NCBI GenBank assembly: GCA_949841325.1
Contig: CATKZK010000003.1
Span: forward strand, 4,643-68,642
Direction of reading: 5' to 3'
Length of the DNA stretch: 64,000 nucleotides
Source: an uncultured Bacilli bacterium
Lineage (GTDB): Bacteria > Bacillota_I > Bacilli_A > RF39 > UBA660
Shown one piece after another: positions 30,005-39,631 of this stretch (its first letter is position 1; each line of letters opens with the position of its first letter). The position numbers and the translations under genes were made by a program. The notes beneath the pieces were generated by a model. The model was not told the origin of the DNA. It did no database searches and saw only the letters and a list, made by a program, of their open reading frames with translations.

Positions 30005-30805
30005 ATGAAAGAAGAAAAAGAGATTGGCAAAACCCTGATTAAGACGTATCGTAAGAGTATTTGGAAAAAAACCATTAAAGCGATAGATGAATATGAGTTG
30101 ATTCATGAAGGAGATCATATTGCCATCTGTATTAGTGGAGGAAAAGATTCTTTTCTTTTAGCCTGTGTATTAAGAGAAATCCAAAGACATTATAAAGTAA
30201 AATTTTCTCTTTCTTATATCTGTATGAATCCAGGGTATCAAAAACAGCATTTGCAAAAAATCAAAGAAAATGCAGAACTATTGCATTTGCCTTTACAAAT
30301 ATTTGATGTTCCCATTTTTGAAAGTATTGAAGAAGAAAAAAATCCATGTTATGTCTGTGCAAGGAAGCGTAGGGGAACCCTTTATCATAAGGCGCAAGAC
30401 CTTGGATGTAATAAAATTGCTTTAGGTCATCACTTTGATGATGTGATTGAAACCATTATGCTCAATATGCTTTATGCTGGTCAATATGGTTCAATGTTAC
30501 CTAAATTAAAGAGTGATCATTACGAAGAAATGACGCTTATTCGTCCTCTTTACTTAGTGAGGGAAAAAGACATAAAAAAATGGGTTGTCTATAACGAACT
30601 TGAATTTATCGACTGTGCTTGTAAGATAACGAAAAAGAAGATAGATAGTAAACGAAGAGAAATGAAGGAACTCATAGAAAAGTTAAAAGAAACCTATGAA
30701 GATGTCGATAAAAACATTTTTGCTTCGAGTAGAAATGTCAATTTAAATACTATATTGGAATATTATGATGGAGAAGAACGAATAAATTTCTTAGATCGTT
30801 TTTAA
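30005..30805 (+). CDS. PP-loop ATPase, TtcA-like tRNA 2-thiocytidine synthetase family
   Basis: CISGGKDS PP-loop, CYVCARKRRG, LGHHFDD, CAC cysteines. AGGAGA lies 6 nt before ATG 30005. Confidence 0.75.
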   Translation: MKEEKEIGKTLIKTYRKSIWKKTIKAIDEYELIHEGDHIAICISGGKDSFLLACVLREIQRHYKVKFSLSYICMNPGYQKQHLQKIKENAELLHLPLQIFDVPIFESIEEEKNPCYVCARKRRGTLYHKAQDLGCNKIALGHHFDDVIETIMLNMLYAGQYGSMLPKLKSDHYEEMTLIRPLYLVREKDIKKWVVYNELEFIDCACKITKKKIDSKRREMKELIEKLKETYEDVDKNIFASSRNVNLNTILEYYDGEERINFLDRF

Positions 30806-30826
30806 TGTCAAATCATAGACAAAGTA

Positions 30827-30855
30827 TTTACTCTTAAAATGAATTATGTTATAGT
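30827..30855 (+). promoter_or_regulatory. promoter with extended -10 for the downstream structured RNA
   Basis: TTTACT, 17-bp spacer, TATAGT preceded by TGT (TGnTATAGT). Predicted start about 30862. Confidence 0.5.
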
Positions 30856-30862
30856 TAAATTA

Positions 30863-31022
30863 CCTAAGAGAGGTTTAAATTATAAAACCGACTAATTGTG
30901 ATACTTGGGAATCTAATTGGCTTGTGGTGTTGAAGACCTTGTCATTGACTAGGGATCCTAAAACGAGTCATGTGATGCCCACCTCGTGCGAGCGGGCTTT
31001 ATCACGCGACTTCTCTTAGGCC
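30863..31022 (+). ncRNA. candidate 6S-like (ssrS/bsrA-type) or other stand-alone structured sRNA
   Basis: About 160 nt of non-coding sequence with its own promoter. The 5' end CCTAAGAGA pairs with the 3' end TCTCTTAGG, and GTGATA (30898-30903) pairs with TATCAC (31000-31005). Internal GC-rich hairpin GCCC..CTCgtgcGAG..GGGC. Ends in a T7 run. It sits next to tcdA (yrvM), where I recall B. subtilis 6S-1 RNA lies. Confidence 0.4.
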
Positions 31023-31053
31023 TTTTTTTATGGAAAAGAAAGTAGGAAAAAAG

Positions 31054-31728
31054 ATGTTTGAACGTATGATATCCTTAGTAGGAGAAGAAGTCTTTGAAAT
31101 AATTCAAGAGAAGAAAGTATTGCTTATAGGGCTAGGTGGTGTTGGCTCTTATGCCTTAGAAGCTTTAGTGCGAAATGGTTTTATGAAGGTAACAGTCGTG
31201 GATTATGATAAGATCGAACTTTCAAATGTCAATCGTCAGTTGATGACGGATTCGACTAATATTGGGCATTCAAAAGTAATCGAAAGCCTTTTAAGAGCAA
31301 AGAGAATTAATCCAACGATAGAAATTGATGGAATAGAAAAGAAGATAACGAATGAAAACATCGAGGACATATTAAATATGGGGTTTGATTATGTGATTGA
31401 TGCGTGTGATGATATCTCTGTAAAATTTCTCTTAATGGAAAAGACAATACATTATTCATATACCTTAATCTCTTGCATGGGAACAGCTAAAAAAATGGAT
31501 CCAACAAAGTTAGAAATTACTACACTTGAAAAAACAGCGAACGATCCTTTAGCAAGAATACTTAGAAAAAAGGTAAAGAGTGCTGCTCTTAATAAAAAGA
31601 TTCATGTCGTTTCTTCTAGAGAACTACCTTTGAAAACAGAATCTCTTGGAAGTAATAATTTAGTTCCAAGTGTAGCTGGCCTTTTGACGGTTTCATTTAT
31701 CATACAAGATATCTTAAAATTTCATTGA
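31054..31728 (+). CDS. tcdA: tRNA threonylcarbamoyladenosine dehydratase (ThiF/E1-like)
   Basis: VLLIGLGGVGSYALEALVRNG Rossmann motif, VDYDKIELSNVNRQ. The ATG at 31030 abuts the T-run of the upstream RNA, so 31054 is preferred. Confidence 0.8.
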   Translation: MFERMISLVGEEVFEIIQEKKVLLIGLGGVGSYALEALVRNGFMKVTVVDYDKIELSNVNRQLMTDSTNIGHSKVIESLLRAKRINPTIEIDGIEKKITNENIEDILNMGFDYVIDACDDISVKFLLMEKTIHYSYTLISCMGTAKKMDPTKLEITTLEKTANDPLARILRKKVKSAALNKKIHVVSSRELPLKTESLGSNNLVPSVAGLLTVSFIIQDILKFH

Positions 31729-31775
31729 CTTGAAGAAAGTATTCTTTTATAATACGTAGATAAGGAGAGTTAGAG

Positions 31776-32252
31776 ATGCATCTATTAAAAAAGAAAGTTT
31801 ATATTGAACTTGGCAGAGAAATAAAGGAGAGCTATCATAAAAAATATGCAATTCTTGATGAAATACTATTTGAAATAAATGAATATACTTCCTTAGATAT
31901 TGAGGGGTTATCTATTCATTTAGATATTCCGTTAGAAAAAATTGATTTACTAAGTGATGAAGATAAAGAGAATATAGCAAATGCCTATTTAGCTTTTCTC
32001 TCTTTAGAAGAGAGAAGAGAAGAGATTTCTATTGAGCAATTGCTAAGACGCAGAGACTACTTTATAGAATATTTACAAATGATACGTTATGGAAATGCAA
32101 ATGATTGGCTCTTGCATTTAGAAGAGAAAGAAAGAACTTTATTAAAAGAAGATATCGAAAGGTATGTTTTATCGCATCCTGAAGCGACAAATCTTCTAAT
32201 TCCAGAGGATAGTTTAGAAGTAAAAAAAAGACATTATATTGCTGTAAGGTAG
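31776..32252 (+). CDS. hypothetical protein
   Basis: 158-aa acidic ORF with RBS AAGGAGAG. Confidence 0.5.
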   Translation: MHLLKKKVYIELGREIKESYHKKYAILDEILFEINEYTSLDIEGLSIHLDIPLEKIDLLSDEDKENIANAYLAFLSLEERREEISIEQLLRRRDYFIEYLQMIRYGNANDWLLHLEEKERTLLKEDIERYVLSHPEATNLLIPEDSLEVKKRHYIAVR

Positions 32253-32376
32253 GGAACATGTTATGAAATTAGAACATGTTTTGATGCAATATTTGCAAGA
32301 GCAACATCTTGAAGAATTTGATGGTACAACTGAGATAAAAAAATATCATTATAATAAAAAATAGTTTCATTAGAAA

Positions 32377-33351
32377 CTATTTTTTCATGAGAAATTCTGA
32401 TAACTTATTTGGATCATCATCATTCATTACAATATTATATATCAAATCAATGACAGGCATTTTTATCTTTTTACGTCTAAGTAGAGTATATATACTCTTT
32501 AATGTATAAAAGCCTTCTACTGTGGTATTTTCTAAAAAATTTTTAGCTTCTTTGAAGTTCTTTTTCCCAAGATATACACCATAGCTATAATTACGCGATT
32601 TTGTACTCGTTGCCGTTAATAGTAAGTCGCCAACTCCTGCAAAAGAGAGAATAGTCTTTTTATTCCCACCTAAACCATCAATTAGTTCTTTCATATCATG
32701 AAGAGACTCTGTGATAAGAAAACTTCTAGTAGATTCAGTATACCCCAAACCCTCTAAAATACCTGCAGCAACAGCAATTACATTTTTAATTGATCCACAT
32801 AATTCAACCCCAATTAAATCTTTTGACTCTCTTAATTTAATATTTGTACTTTTATAGGCCTTTAAAGCCATATTTAATGTGTCTCGGGACTTTGTAGCAA
32901 TAGAAAGACCAATAGGCTCTAAATTAGCGATATCGATTGCAAAAGAGGGCCCTGATATAACCGCTAATCTTTTTGTCTCAATAAAGCTTAAAAAAACCTC
33001 ATGAACAAAACGGCATGATTCTTGCTCAATTCCTTTAGAACCAATAATAAAATGCATCTTATCATGGATATAAGGCATCATTCCTTTACAAACACTGCCA
33101 ACAAATTTTGCGGCACTCATAACAAAGACTAGTTCTGCATTTTTTAAAGCTTCTTCATAAGACGTCGTAAAAGTAATACAATCAGGAATGCTTTTTCCTC
33201 CTAAAGGTGCAAAGGCAGATCGACTAGCTTCAATTTGTTTTTTTGATTCCTCTGATTCACTCCACATAATAATCTTGTTTTTCTTGTTTAGGGATAAGGC
33301 CATAGCCATAGAAATCCCATAGACTCCTGTTCCAATTATCGTTATATTCAT
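32377..33351 (-). CDS. gpsA: NAD(P)H-dependent glycerol-3-phosphate dehydrogenase
   Basis: MNITIIGTGVYG dinucleotide fold, GSKGIE, GPSFA, CGSIKNVIAVAAG, GDLLLT. Confidence 0.9.
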   Translation of the reverse strand: MNITIIGTGVYGISMAMALSLNKKNKIIMWSESEESKKQIEASRSAFAPLGGKSIPDCITFTTSYEEALKNAELVFVMSAAKFVGSVCKGMMPYIHDKMHFIIGSKGIEQESCRFVHEVFLSFIETKRLAVISGPSFAIDIANLEPIGLSIATKSRDTLNMALKAYKSTNIKLRESKDLIGVELCGSIKNVIAVAAGILEGLGYTESTRSFLITESLHDMKELIDGLGGNKKTILSFAGVGDLLLTATSTKSRNYSYGVYLGKKNFKEAKNFLENTTVEGFYTLKSIYTLLRRKKIKMPVIDLIYNIVMNDDDPNKLSEFLMKK

Positions 33352-34553
33352 TATTTTTTCATCTCCTCATTTATTGCGACCAAATTCATTTCATATTTAT
33401 TTGGGGCAGGTTTATAATATTTTCGGTCTTTTAACCTTTCTGGTAAGTATTGTTGTTTTACCCAATGTTTTGGATAATTATGGGGGTATTTGTAAAGTGG
33501 GGATGATGTTTTAATCCATGCTGGAACTTCACCACCTTCTCCAGATTCAATGTCTTCAATTGCCGCATCTAATGCAGTATAAGCAGAATTAGATTTTGGG
33601 GATTGTGCAAGTTCTGTTACTACAACAGCTAAGGGAATCCGCGCTTCTGGAAGGCCTAACATTTCAGAAGCTTCAATGGCTGCTCTAACTTTAGGCCCCA
33701 TTCCTGGATTTGCAAGGCCTATATCTTCATAGGCAATAACTGTCATTCTTCTATATATAATGTCTAAATCGCCAATCACAATCAATCTCCCTAAATAGTA
33801 AAGTGCTGCATTGACATCCGATCCTCGAATGCTTTTCTGAAAAGCACTAATTAAATCATAATGCCCTGAGTCATTTTTATCTCCATAGACAATAGGTTTT
33901 GTATTGGTTTTTTTAATAACCTCCGTCGTAACATGAAAATCTTTCGTAGAGTAATAGGCCATTTCCAAAAGATTTAGCGCATTTCTGAAATCTCCAGATG
34001 AAAGAGTAGCAATAGATTCCAAGGCGCTCTTATCAAGTTTTATATGTGGTAAGTGTTTACTTGCTTTTTTTATACCTTCCTTTAACTCTTCTTGTGATAA
34101 ATTGTGAAGTTCAAAGATTTGACATCGACTTCGTATCGCAGGGTTTATCTTGTAATAAGGATTGGAGGTTGTAAGACCAATAAAGATAATTAAACCATTT
34201 TCAATGTAGGGGAGTAAGAGATCTTGTTTATCTTTATTCATACGATGAATTTCATCAATAATTAAAACGAGTTCTCCATACATTTTGGCTTCTTCAATGA
34301 CAACATCAAAATCACTTTTGTTATTAATCACAGCATTAAGCATACGAAATTTGCATCCTAACTCATTTACTAAGGCATAGGCAATACTTGTCTTTCCAAT
34401 TCCTGGATTCCCATACAAAACCATGCTAAATAACTTCTTATTCGCGATTAAATTTGAAAGAATTTGATCTTTTCCAATTAAATGTGTTTGACCAATGACG
34501 TCATTTAAACATTTAGGACGTAATTTATCTGCAAGTAGTTCCAAAAGTATCAC
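33351..34553 (-). CDS. rarA: replication-associated recombination protein A (AAA+ ATPase)
   Basis: LRPKCLNDVIGQTHL, GNPGIGKTS Walker A, LIIDEIHR, SRCQIFEL, SIRGSDVNAALYYL. Confidence 0.9.
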   Translation of the reverse strand: MILLELLADKLRPKCLNDVIGQTHLIGKDQILSNLIANKKLFSMVLYGNPGIGKTSIAYALVNELGCKFRMLNAVINNKSDFDVVIEEAKMYGELVLIIDEIHRMNKDKQDLLLPYIENGLIIFIGLTTSNPYYKINPAIRSRCQIFELHNLSQEELKEGIKKASKHLPHIKLDKSALESIATLSSGDFRNALNLLEMAYYSTKDFHVTTEVIKKTNTKPIVYGDKNDSGHYDLISAFQKSIRGSDVNAALYYLGRLIVIGDLDIIYRRMTVIAYEDIGLANPGMGPKVRAAIEASEMLGLPEARIPLAVVVTELAQSPKSNSAYTALDAAIEDIESGEGGEVPAWIKTSSPLYKYPHNYPKHWVKQQYLPERLKDRKYYKPAPNKYEMNLVAINEEMKK

Positions 34554-34640
34554 CCTCTAAAAGTATTATATCATGAGATAAGTGAAAGGGGAATTATTGA
34601 ATGCTTTCTTGACATCATGTTATAATGTCTTTAGAAGGGT

Positions 34641-35522
34641 GTGATAAGTTTGAATGAAAATTATATAGCTGAATTTTTATCTTATTTAGAACTTGATTTA
34701 AACTACTCTAATAATACGATTGTCTCCTATGAAAGTGATTTAGCAAAACTAGTTAGTTATTATCCAAAAAAAGACTTACTCCATCTTTCAATAAAGGAAA
34801 TCGAAAACTATATTCATACACTTGAAGGATTAACTCCTGCTTCTATTTCTCATGCTATTTCAACGTTTAAATCTTTTTATAAGTATTATTTGCGTATAGG
34901 GAGTATCTCTTATAATCCCTGTGATGCGATAAAAATGCCAAAATTAGGAACTCATCTACCAGTCTATTTAACAGAGGAAGAAGTGACTCTTCTTTTAGAT
35001 ATCGAAATTAATACCCCTTTTGATGCGCGTAATAAGGCAATCTTAGAACTCATGTATGCAACAGGACTACGGATCAGTGAGATCATTTCCTTAGAATTTA
35101 AAAATATTGATGCAGAGGAAGCGATTGTTCGCGTTATGGGGAAGGGGAGTAAAGAGAGAATTGTCCCAATTTATCAAGGCGCTCTTGATGCTTTAACCAC
35201 ATATTTAGAAGAATATCGTCCTCTTTTAATAAAGAAAACGGTGAATAGCTATCTTTTCTTAAATAATCATGGTGAAATGATGACAAGACAAGGTGTATTT
35301 AAAATGATCAAGAATGAATGTCTTAAAAAGGGTATTCAAAAGAATGTTAGTCCCCATACATTGCGACATACTTTTGCCACTCATCTACTAGAAAACGGAG
35401 CAGATCTAAGAATTATCCAAGAACTACTTGGGCATTGTGATATCTCTACGACTAATGTCTATACGCATTTAACCAATCAAAAGTTAAAAAAAGACTATGA
35501 AGAGTATTTTCCTCGCAAATAA
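34641..35522 (+). CDS. XerC/XerD-family tyrosine recombinase
   Basis: NTIVSYESDL core-binding domain. ATGLRISE, HTLRHTFATHLLENGADLRIIQELLGH..TTNVYTH carries the R..HxxR..H..Y catalytic set. XerC and XerD cannot be told apart by eye. Confidence 0.85.
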   Translation: MISLNENYIAEFLSYLELDLNYSNNTIVSYESDLAKLVSYYPKKDLLHLSIKEIENYIHTLEGLTPASISHAISTFKSFYKYYLRIGSISYNPCDAIKMPKLGTHLPVYLTEEEVTLLLDIEINTPFDARNKAILELMYATGLRISEIISLEFKNIDAEEAIVRVMGKGSKERIVPIYQGALDALTTYLEEYRPLLIKKTVNSYLFLNNHGEMMTRQGVFKMIKNECLKKGIQKNVSPHTLRHTFATHLLENGADLRIIQELLGHCDISTTNVYTHLTNQKLKKDYEEYFPRK

Positions 35523-35525
35523 AAA

Positions 35526-35559
35526 GCAGATAAATGAATCATTATCTGCCGTTTTTTTT
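35526..35559. terminator. bidirectional intrinsic terminator
   Basis: GCAGATAA / TTATCTGC stem flanked by AAAAA (left) and T8 (right). It serves the xer gene (+) and the small ORF (-). Confidence 0.75.
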
Positions 35560-35680
35560 ATTCTTCACTTGAAGATTGGTTTGTTTTAGAACGGTTTGTT
35601 CTGCTATTTGAACAATTGGAACTATTATTTGTTCTATTTGTCTTATGAGCATTCGTTCTTTTTGTTTTATTTGTTTTCAT
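35558..35680 (-). CDS. unannotated 40-aa N/T/K/S-rich small protein
   Basis: GGGAGGTAAGAAT then ATG. Translation: MKTNKTKRTNAHKTNRTNNSSNCSNSRTNRSKTNQSSSEE. Below the 60-aa track cutoff. A terminator follows. Confidence 0.5.
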   Translation of the reverse strand: MKTNKTKRTNAHKTNRTNNSSNCSNSRTNRSKTNQSSSEE

Positions 35681-35763
35681 ATTCTTACCTCCCTTTTTAT
35701 TATGGGCAATTATTGAATTAATATGATAAATATGCTATATTTATTTAAGAAAATAGGTGCAAT

Positions 35764-37251
35764 ATGAAACTAAGAAAGAGACTTCTCCCTTTATTTATTC
35801 TTTTTTTTATTGGAATGTGTGCTTTTGTTTCAATAAACCCCAGTTATTCTTATGGATTAAAAATGCAAATTAGCGGAACAAAAGGAAGCCGTATTTTAAC
35901 TTTAAAGGATGCAGATACAGGGCATACCATCTCTTATAAAGATGCGATTACAAATTACGGGTTAACGAATTATCTTGAAATAGGGGATGGATATTACTAT
36001 CAAGGAAAAGAAGTGGATTATTCAACCTTTCAAAAAGGTTTTGCTAGTGAAAAAGCAGATCAATTAGCAAAAGATTATGGAAGTTCTGCTTTCCGAGTAC
36101 ATACGACAAAGGAATTTAAAAGTGCCTTTGATTCCATCTATCAAAACTATAGAATTGGACAATTTTACTTCTGTTTTTCACCTTATGAAAATATAGACTT
36201 TGACGAAGTAGAATCTTACTATATGCAAAATTATGGATTAACTTCTCCTTATCAGAATTATTATTCTTATAGAATAAAAGGTAAACTTGAACCCACACGA
36301 TTCGCAATTGGCCTAAAAAACTATAAAGAAAAAGGGGAATTCATGATTGACACTTTTAATATTCGTATTACAGGGAATGAACTTGCTGTTGTAGATGATT
36401 TTATAAGGAAAATTCTTCCATTGATGCAAGGAGATGGCAGTGATTATCAAAAGATTTTGGCCGCATATACATATATAACAAAAACAACGACTTATTTAAC
36501 AGATAATGGCTTTTATAATGATTTACTTGCTAGTAATACATCAATTTATGATGTATTTATTGGAAGAAAAAGTGTATGTATTGGATATTCTATTGCCTTT
36601 TCCTATTTAATGGATAAGATGGGAATTGAATCTTATATTGTAGATGATCTTCAAACTGTAGATGTCGATAAACAGTTGTATTATTCAAGCCATACTTATA
36701 ATATTGTAAAACTTGAAGGAAAGTTTTATCGTATTGATTTAACTGGCAATCAGTTTTTAAAGGGTATTTCTAAGCTATATGATCAAAAACTCCCTCTTTC
36801 TGCAAGTGATTATCAAACAAACAAAAGTAAAACGTATACCTTTGATTATCAAAAGATTAACGGTTATTTACAGGCTTCAAAAAATATCAAAACGACTACG
36901 ACAAAAAAACAAAGTCTTACAACGACTAAACCCTCATCAGCAACTACCAAGAAGACAAATCATACTTATAAAACAACGACTAAAGGAACAGAGACAGCGA
37001 CAAATACGATCTATCAGCCTGTAACAGGAGAGAGTACGACCGCTAAAACGGAGCAAAACGGGAATAGTACAAATCCTACTCATTCTACTGGCGTTTCTTC
37101 TAATCTTTCAACTTCTCAATTGACAACGCAGAGTGAAGAAGGAAGGAACAAAAAAGAGGAGAAAGAAATAGATTATAATAAGTCTCTTTTCACTATTTTG
37201 GGTATCGTCATTTTGCTCTATATTTTATATCGATTAAGAAGAAAATTCTAA
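35764..37251 (+). CDS. surface-anchored transglutaminase-like domain protein
   Basis: Signal peptide. Core SVCIGYSIAFSYLMDKMGI (Cys), SHTYNIV (His), YRIDLT (Asp). T/K-rich linker and C-terminal TM anchor. Confidence 0.7.
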   Translation: MKLRKRLLPLFILFFIGMCAFVSINPSYSYGLKMQISGTKGSRILTLKDADTGHTISYKDAITNYGLTNYLEIGDGYYYQGKEVDYSTFQKGFASEKADQLAKDYGSSAFRVHTTKEFKSAFDSIYQNYRIGQFYFCFSPYENIDFDEVESYYMQNYGLTSPYQNYYSYRIKGKLEPTRFAIGLKNYKEKGEFMIDTFNIRITGNELAVVDDFIRKILPLMQGDGSDYQKILAAYTYITKTTTYLTDNGFYNDLLASNTSIYDVFIGRKSVCIGYSIAFSYLMDKMGIESYIVDDLQTVDVDKQLYYSSHTYNIVKLEGKFYRIDLTGNQFLKGISKLYDQKLPLSASDYQTNKSKTYTFDYQKINGYLQASKNIKTTTTKKQSLTTTKPSSATTKKTNHTYKTTTKGTETATNTIYQPVTGESTTAKTEQNGNSTNPTHSTGVSSNLSTSQLTTQSEEGRNKKEEKEIDYNKSLFTILGIVILLYILYRLRRKF

Positions 37252-37325
37252 AGTTTCTTCTTTTTATTTTACTTTACAAAATGCTGTGTTTATGGTAGGA
37301 TAAGCAATCGGAATGAGGGGATTTT

Positions 37326-38486
37326 ATGGAACAAAATGAAGAATCTTTAGAAATAGAAAATACAAATAAGAAAAACAATCGCACATTTATTGAAACGATG
37401 TATTCAAAAAAACGCAATATTGCAGCACACACCCTTTGCCTGGGACTCGTTTTTTCTCTTTCTGTATCACCTGCATTAGCCGTCTTTTTAGAAAAAAACA
37501 GTAAGAATAATACTAGAAGCGAAAGCGACTATTCTGAAGAAGAGATAACTACAGTTAATGAAGAAGAAGTTGAACTAGCAGTAAATTCATTATCGGATAT
37601 TGCTATAGAATCTATGAGATATATAGAAGAAATTCCCGACACAAATAGTGAACTTGTTTCTGAAATTCAAAAGAAAATGGCCAACCATAATCTCACTAAT
37701 CAAGAACTTATAAGTATTGTTACAAGTGATGAAGAATATAGAAAAGATTTAGAAAACATTGTATTATCTCACCCAGAAATTACAGAGGAAACCTTATACG
37801 CCGTTTTACAGGGAAGTGAAATTCAATTAAAAGATTATCTATTCATAGGAGATTCAAGAACAAAAGGAATGCTTTTAAGTGGTGTTATCAATGAAGATAA
37901 TTCTATATATGGAATTGGATATGGCTATCATTGGTTCACAGGAAAAGGTAAATTTTCTTCTAGCAATACAAATGCCTTAGAGGGGGCTATAGAAGCTGTA
38001 AAAACAAAAACAGAAGAGAATAAGTCTACTAACATTATCATTTGGTTAGGAGTCAATGACTATACTTACGTCGATGCCGATACATATTTTAGTAAATTTG
38101 AAGAATTAGCAGTAAATGAGTGGGCTAATCATTCTATCTATATTGTTTCTGTTGGCCCTGTAAAAGATAAGAGAGCATCTTCAGTAAGTAATAAAGGAAT
38201 TGATCAGTTTAATCTGACTTTAAAAGAAATGGCGGAAAATGCATCTTTAGATAATTTGCATTATCTAGACTTACAATTAAGCGAAGATTCCATTCAAAAC
38301 TATGATAGTGCGGGACTCCACTATGGTGCAAGTGATTATCAGGCAATCTACAAGAGCATAACAGAAAAAGTAAGAGAGAAAGAAGAAGAGGGCACCTATG
38401 AGATGTTAAGTCTTTTCTATGAAGCTTTAATTTCTTATGACTATGCCATTAGTAAAGAACAAACTAAAGAATTCATTTTAAAATAA
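37326..38486 (+). CDS. membrane-anchored SGNH/GDSL-like hydrolase
   Basis: N-terminal TM, FIGDSRTKG (GDS block I), IIWLGVND block, DSAGLHY (DxxH-like) near the C-terminus. Confidence 0.6.
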   Translation: MEQNEESLEIENTNKKNNRTFIETMYSKKRNIAAHTLCLGLVFSLSVSPALAVFLEKNSKNNTRSESDYSEEEITTVNEEEVELAVNSLSDIAIESMRYIEEIPDTNSELVSEIQKKMANHNLTNQELISIVTSDEEYRKDLENIVLSHPEITEETLYAVLQGSEIQLKDYLFIGDSRTKGMLLSGVINEDNSIYGIGYGYHWFTGKGKFSSSNTNALEGAIEAVKTKTEENKSTNIIIWLGVNDYTYVDADTYFSKFEELAVNEWANHSIYIVSVGPVKDKRASSVSNKGIDQFNLTLKEMAENASLDNLHYLDLQLSEDSIQNYDSAGLHYGASDYQAIYKSITEKVREKEEEGTYEMLSLFYEALISYDYAISKEQTKEFILK

Positions 38487-38519
38487 AAGAATAAAACAAA
38501 GAATTTTATTCTTTTTTTT
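38487..38519 (+). terminator. intrinsic terminator
   Basis: AAGAATAAAA / TTTTATTCTT 10-bp stem then a T-run, directly after the stop at 38486. Confidence 0.7.
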
Positions 38520-38541
38520 GTAACATATCATAAGATGTAGT

Positions 38542-39279
38542 ATGAAAACAATATTAATACCCTTAATGATTAGTACAATTGCTGGATTTGGAACGATCAT
38601 TGGATCCTTATTGGCATTTGTTCCTAATATAAATAAAAAATCGACGATGAGTTTGATTCTTGCTTTCTCTGGTTCTATTATGATTCTTATTTCAGTTCTT
38701 GATTTGTTGCCTTCTAGTGTTCTTACCATTATGACTCATTATTCACTTATTAAAGGCTTATTTATTGTGGGATTATCTTTCTTTTTAGGTGTTTTTCTTA
38801 TTCACTTAATTGACAAGAAAATAAAAGGGGAGAGTAGTTTATATAAAATAGGCATACTCTCTCTTTTTAGTCTCATGTTACACAACTTTCCAGAAGGAAT
38901 CGCCACTTTTATGAGTTCTCTTTATAATCCTGCATTAGGACTAAAACTCAGTATAGCTATAATGTGTCACAATATTCCCGAGGGAATTTGTATTGCCGTT
39001 CCATTAAGTGAGTCAACACACTCAAAGAAGAAGGGAGTAGGGGCAGCTTTTCTTTCGAGTCTTGCAGAGCCATTAGGTGCCCTAGTAGCGTATATCTTTT
39101 TAAAAAATTATATTAATGATATTACAATAAGTATAATTTTAATATTTGTTGCTGGAATTATGATTACTTTAAGCATTAATACAATTTATAAAGAATCATT
39201 GAAACTTGACTGCAAAAAATCCTTCCTACTTGGTGTATTACTTTCTGTTGTCTATATTATCATTACTTTAAAAATTTAG
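38542..39279 (+). CDS. zupT: ZIP-family zinc transporter
   Basis: HNFPEGIATF and HNIPEGICIAVP motifs, 8-TM layout. Confidence 0.85.
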   Translation: MKTILIPLMISTIAGFGTIIGSLLAFVPNINKKSTMSLILAFSGSIMILISVLDLLPSSVLTIMTHYSLIKGLFIVGLSFFLGVFLIHLIDKKIKGESSLYKIGILSLFSLMLHNFPEGIATFMSSLYNPALGLKLSIAIMCHNIPEGICIAVPLSESTHSKKKGVGAAFLSSLAEPLGALVAYIFLKNYINDITISIILIFVAGIMITLSINTIYKESLKLDCKKSFLLGVLLSVVYIIITLKI

Positions 39280-39606
39280 TGAGTGGCTACTCTCTTTTTT
39301 TCGTCTAAGACTCCCCTATTTACTATAGACAAAAAAAGGGGAAGGGGGGGAATAAAAGAAGACTTATCTATATAAACACTATTAGAAAAGAGATTAATAA
39401 GATTTATCAGATAAATAGAATAGCCAATGGTTAATCATTGGCTATTATTATAATATCAAAAATAGATAGTAAATAAGCAAGTCATTATTTCATCAATTAA
39501 ATTTTATAAATTTATTTTGATAAGTTATATTCAAATAAGAGACAGTATACATAGATAGAGTATATGAATAAATGAAGAACTATCCATCTATAAAAGAAAA
39601 ACATCG

Positions 39607-39624
39607 AACTTCCGATAATATATA
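39607..39624 (+). repeat. left direct repeat / attL core (XerC arm plus central region of dif)
   Basis: AACTTCCGATAATATATA, identical to 43995-44012. It is followed by GTAAATTAAAA, which is unrelated to a XerD arm. Confidence 0.85.
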
Positions 39625-39631
39625 GTAAATT

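Noticed and set aside
30863-31022. Reading the structured element upstream of tcdA as a T-box or riboswitch attenuator
   Set aside because: No T-box sequence or specifier architecture is present, and no riboswitch core motif I recognise. The helix that precedes the T-run is formed by the two distal ends of the transcript rather than by a local terminator/antiterminator pair.
39280-39606. AT-rich 330-bp non-coding stretch left of the element as part of the prophage or a second relic
   Set aside because: It contains only hairpins (TAGCCAATG gttaat CATTGGCTA at 39421-39444; CCCC..GGGG near 39313-39340) and has no dif-like sequence or ORF. It lies outside the direct repeats, so it is treated as ordinary intergenic or terminator sequence.
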